18,886 nt of DNA. Origin: Spirochaetia bacterium (GTDB lineage Bacteria > Spirochaetota > Spirochaetia > SZUA-6 > Bin103). Below the pieces are notes generated by a model. The model was given only the letters and a program-made list of their open reading frames with translations, ran no database searches and was not told the origin of the DNA. The stretch spans positions 1 through 18,886 of the forward strand of contig CBDBDQ010000001.1 of assembly GCA_965203905.1 (NCBI GenBank). Direction: 5' to 3'. Both the position numbers and the translations under genes were made by a program. This document shows positions 15,558-18,886 of the stretch, piece after piece (position 1 is the first letter of the stretch; the number at the start of each line of letters is the position of its first letter).

Positions 15558-17691
15558 ATGAGCACGACTCTCACGATAAACCTCGATGACCTGCTCTACT
15601 GCCGCGGCGTAGAGTCGGAACGGGTCGAGTTCAAGGAATCATGGAACGCGCAAAACACCGGCCCGCAGGTACTCCGCACCATCTGTGCATTCGCAAACGA
15701 CTATCACAACCTGAACGGCGGTTACGTGGTGATCGGAGTCGGAGAGCGCGAAGGACGGGCCGAGCTGCCGCCCGCGGGATTGTCCGCCGACAATCTGGAC
15801 GCGGCACAGAAGTGGCTACGAGGCAAGTGCGGCGCCCTGGACCCGCCTTACTTCCCCGTGTTGTCACCTGAGACGGTCGGAGATCGACTGATTCTGGTGG
15901 TGTGGGCTCCCGGCAGCGACACGCGAGCCCATCGCGCACCGGACCGCGATGGGTCGTTTCGTTACTGGGTCCGACTCGGCGCCCAGACAGTGAACGCCGA
16001 GCAACGGCCCGGCGTGCTGCATGGTCTCCTGCAACAGACGGCGCGTGTGCCATGGGACGACCGGCGATGCAACGGCCCGGCGTGCTGCATGGTCTCCTGC
16101 AACAGACGGCGCGTGTGCCATGGGACGACCGGCGATGCAACGGCCCGGCGTGCTGCATGGTCTCCTGCAACAGACGGCGCGTGTGCCATGGGACGACCGG
16201 CGATCCACCGGCGCCACGGTCGAGGACATGCGCGAAGTCAAGGTGCGCGAGTACCTGCGCGACTTACGCAGCGGACTCCTCGACGAGCCGAACGAGCGGG
16301 ATCTTTACCGCCGCATGCGGCTCACGGTAAAGGTCAACGATCACGAAATCCCCCGGAACACGGGGCTGCTGTTCTTCTCGCGAGATCCCACCGAGTGGTT
16401 TCGCGGAGCGAAGATCGAGGTGGTTCAATTCGCCGCCGATCGGGCGGGCGACGTGCAGGAGGAACGCACGTTCGGCGGCGGACTCGTGGATCAGCTACGC
16501 GACTGTCTGAACTACCTGGAGAACCTCTCGGCATTTCATCTGCAAAAGCAACCCGACCGGAGCCAGGTACGGGGTTGGGTCAGCTATCCCATGCAGGCGT
16601 TGCGCGAAACGCTGGTAAACGCGGTGTATCACCGCGGCTACGACGTCGATCAGCCGGAGCCTACCAAGGTCTATCTGTTTCCGGGCCGCATCGAGGTGAT
16701 CAGTTATCCCGGCCCGGTTCCCGGAGTCGAGCCGGACCATCTGCTTCCGAATGCCGAGGTTCGGGCGGCGCCCGCTCGCAACCGGCGAATCGGCGAGTTT
16801 CTGAAGGAATTGAAACTTGCCGAAGGCCGGCTCTCCGGGCTGCCCAAGGTATTTCAGGCGATGGCGGCCAACGGGTCGCCGGTCCCTCGGTTCGAGTTCG
16901 ACGAGCAGCGCACCTACTTCCAGGCCACTCTGCCCGCACATCCCGAATACGGTGCCCTGTCGGCGCTGCGCGACGCGGCGCACTTGAAGGCGTTGGGAGA
17001 GCACGCGCAAGCCCACAGCCGGGTAGCGTCTGCATGGGAGTCCAACCCGAATTCAGGCATCCTCGCCGCAGAAATGATCAACACGTACGCTGAGAGTGGT
17101 GACCTCGACCGCGCTCAGGAAGTCCTTGACACTCTCAAGGCGCAGGGACCGGAGCACGTGGTGCCACACGTCGAGAATCGGCTGATCGAGGCATTTGTAG
17201 AGGCGGGACGAGTCGGCAGCGCACGGAGGCTGCTGACCCGCAGCCGCCCGGTAGTGGTGGGCCAGGACGCCATAGACGCCGCCATTCTGGCACGGCGCGC
17301 GCGAGACTCCCGCACTGCGCATCGATACTTCGAGCGTGCCGGAGACGTGATCTACACCGACCCTCGCGCGCTGCACGAATTCGCCCAGACCAAACTCTGG
17401 TTGGCGACCGAGTCCTTCCGCCAGCGCCGCCGCGACCTCAACCGAAGATTCCTCACGGAGGCTCGGCCGCTCCTGGAGCGCGTGATCCAACTCGACGCTG
17501 CCCCGGCCCGACATGCCTGGGCGTGGCGCGATCTTGCGCGAACCTTGAACTGGTTGCGAGTACCGCTTGGCGAGGTCGAGGCTGCCTATCGCAGGGCGAT
17601 TGAACTGCTTCCGGATGAGCCGAGGTTCGTCGCGGAGTTGCGGAGCTTACAGCCGCCGCGAAATCGAGTACGTAGCGATGATGGCAAATAG
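15558..17691 (+). pseudogene. Schlafen/AlbA_2 - HATPase_c_4 - TPR-like helical protein, frameshifted by a tandem triplication (665 aa when collapsed to one unit)
   Basis: AlbA_2 motifs ESERVEFKESW and ICAFANDYHNLNGGYVVIGV lie in the frame of 15558. HATPase_c_4 motifs YPMQALRETLVNAVYHRGY, IEVISYPG and RNRRIGEFLKELKLAEG..SG lie in the frame ending 17691, followed by an Ala-rich helical tail (AAYRRAIELLPDEP). 2134 nt minus 136 nt equals 1998 nt, or 666 codons. Confidence 0.88.
16001..16204 (+). repeat. Perfect tandem repeat, 3 x 68 bp
   Basis: Unit GCAACGGCCCGGCGTGCTGCATGGTCTCCTGCAACAGACGGCGCGTGTGCCATGGGACGACCGGCGAT starting at 16001, 16069 and 16137. Confidence 0.97.
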
Positions 17692-17742
17692 GCACGCCCT
17701 TTCGTATGCAACGCACCCAGAAACAGGACGCGGCGGGCCGCC

Positions 17743-18886
17743 GTGAGTGACCTTGTGAGCCGTGTGGCGGCGCCGGCGGCGTGTCACCTGCTGCTCCCGG
17801 CGAGCGCCTGGCCACGCGGGCAGGTGTACTACTACTGCCCAGGTTGTATCGCGGTGAACCCCATGCGCGCCGGGGCTCCGGCGGCCTGCCCGGCATGCGC
17901 GCGCTACCCGTTGCGCGACATCTTCGCCGAGATGGCGGTGCGTCTGGAGCGGGCGTTCGGATTCTTCGACGCCACCCGCAGCACGCGTCATCCCTGGCTG
18001 TTCACCTCCGCCCCCGGCGAATCGGATCCCTTGCTGTTCATCTCCAGCATGGCGCTCGGCGCCTTCGGAGAGCTACGCGCCATGGGCTTCACGCCGCCGC
18101 GGCAGCCGCCCTGGGGCCCCGACGAGGACGTGCTCGCCGCCTGGACCGGGGCCATCCTGGAGCACCGCGACCCGGTCACCAACCTGCTGCGGGTCCCGCA
18201 AGGCGACGGCACCATCGGCGGCGCCGTGGCCTCCCCCGAGCGCTACGTGTCGTCGGGGTTCGAATGGCAGCTGCGCAACCGGGTGTTCATGGCCGACCGC
18301 TACCGGCTGCCCGCCGGCGCCCAGTCCAACCGCGACTACCTCGCCACCGTCGACGACGCGCGGCAGTGGCTGGAGCAGACCTGGGCCGCGCATCCGCCGT
18401 GGACCGCCGGAAGCTGGACCTCCCGGGCGGTGGAGACCCACCTGGCCCTCCAGGCCGCGACAGCGGAAGGCGGGGAGGGCGACCGCACCCCCGCCGAATC
18501 CGGCTTGCCCCGACAGGACGCGGTGATCGAATTCGTCCAACAGTGGCTGGAGGCGCGCCAGGACCGCACCACCGGGGCCTGGTACGCGGGCGTCGAGTCC
18601 CCGCATCACAACGTGGTCAACGGCATCTTCAAGCTGTTCGTGACCTACGAGCGGCTGGGCTGGAAGATCCCGCGCCAGCGCGCCATCGTCGACTTCGTGC
18701 TCGGCGGCAGCGACCGCGAGCGCGGTTTCGCCGGCCAGGGGTGCAGCGTGTTCGACCCGATGCAGGTGCTCTACGTGCTGCGCTGCCGGGGCAACGACCA
18801 TCGCGCCGCGGAGGTGGACGCCGCCACCGCGGCCTCGTTCCTCACCTTCCTCGACAACTGGGACGACGCGGCCGGCTGGTTCCGCG
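17743..18886 (+). CDS. Hypothetical protein with an N-terminal CxxC-x13-CxxC Zn ribbon and a prenyltransferase/terpene-cyclase-like helical repeat region; runs off the 3' edge, start uncertain
   Basis: Hand translation has no stop from GTG 17743 to the window end: ...YYYCPGCIAVNPMRAGAPAACPAC...PWTAGSW...FVQQWLEARQDRTTGAWY...VVNGIFKL...GCSVFDPMQVL...NWDDAAGWF. Third positions are strongly G/C. It is absent from the ORF track because the stop lies outside the window. Confidence 0.8.
   Translation, partial: MSDLVSRVAAPAACHLLLPASAWPRGQVYYYCPGCIAVNPMRAGAPAACPACARYPLRDIFAEMAVRLERAFGFFDATRSTRHPWLFTSAPGESDPLLFISSMALGAFGELRAMGFTPPRQPPWGPDEDVLAAWTGAILEHRDPVTNLLRVPQGDGTIGGAVASPERYVSSGFEWQLRNRVFMADRYRLPAGAQSNRDYLATVDDARQWLEQTWAAHPPWTAGSWTSRAVETHLALQAATAEGGEGDRTPAESGLPRQDAVIEFVQQWLEARQDRTTGAWYAGVESPHHNVVNGIFKLFVTYERLGWKIPRQRAIVDFVLGGSDRERGFAGQGCSVFDPMQVLYVLRCRGNDHRAAEVDAATAASFLTFLDNWDDAAGWFR

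Noticed and set aside
16001-16204. 68-bp repeats as a CRISPR array
   Set aside because: The units are directly adjacent with no spacers, lie inside a coding region, and no cas genes are present.
17689-17742. In-frame TAG between the Schlafen gene and the next ORF as a read-through fusion
   Set aside because: In-frame neighbours occur one time in three by chance, the linker has no coding bias, and no recoding signal is visible.
970-18801. Long antisense and alternate-frame ORFs (e.g. 1837-2940, 2977-4008, 6241-7332, 7849-8991, 11014-12144, 14023-15555, 18073-18801)
   Set aside because: These are shadow ORFs expected in GC-rich DNA. They overlap well-supported genes and show no recognisable motifs.

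Overview
High-GC bacterial accessory region, mostly on the + strand. In order it holds: a 5'-truncated FG-GAP/VCBS beta-propeller protein; a truncated PhyH-family remnant; a large (about 1109 aa when rejoined) glycoside-hydrolase-like gene split in frame by an intact-looking 2083-bp IS1634-type element (16-bp terminal inverted repeats, CTAG on both sides); a cysteine hydrolase; a low-GC orphan secreted-protein gene bracketed by two diverged copies of a 57-bp Shine-Dalgarno/micro-ORF element; a carbohydrate ABC cassette (binding protein and two permeases, no ATPase); a MocD-like di-iron desaturase/oxygenase converging on an intact PhyH dioxygenase; a Schlafen(AlbA_2)-HATPase-helical-repeat gene frameshifted by a perfect 3 x 68-bp tandem repeat; and a 3'-truncated Zn-ribbon plus alpha/alpha-toroid-like gene missed by the ORF track. 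Family calls come from motif recognition by eye; no database searches were run.
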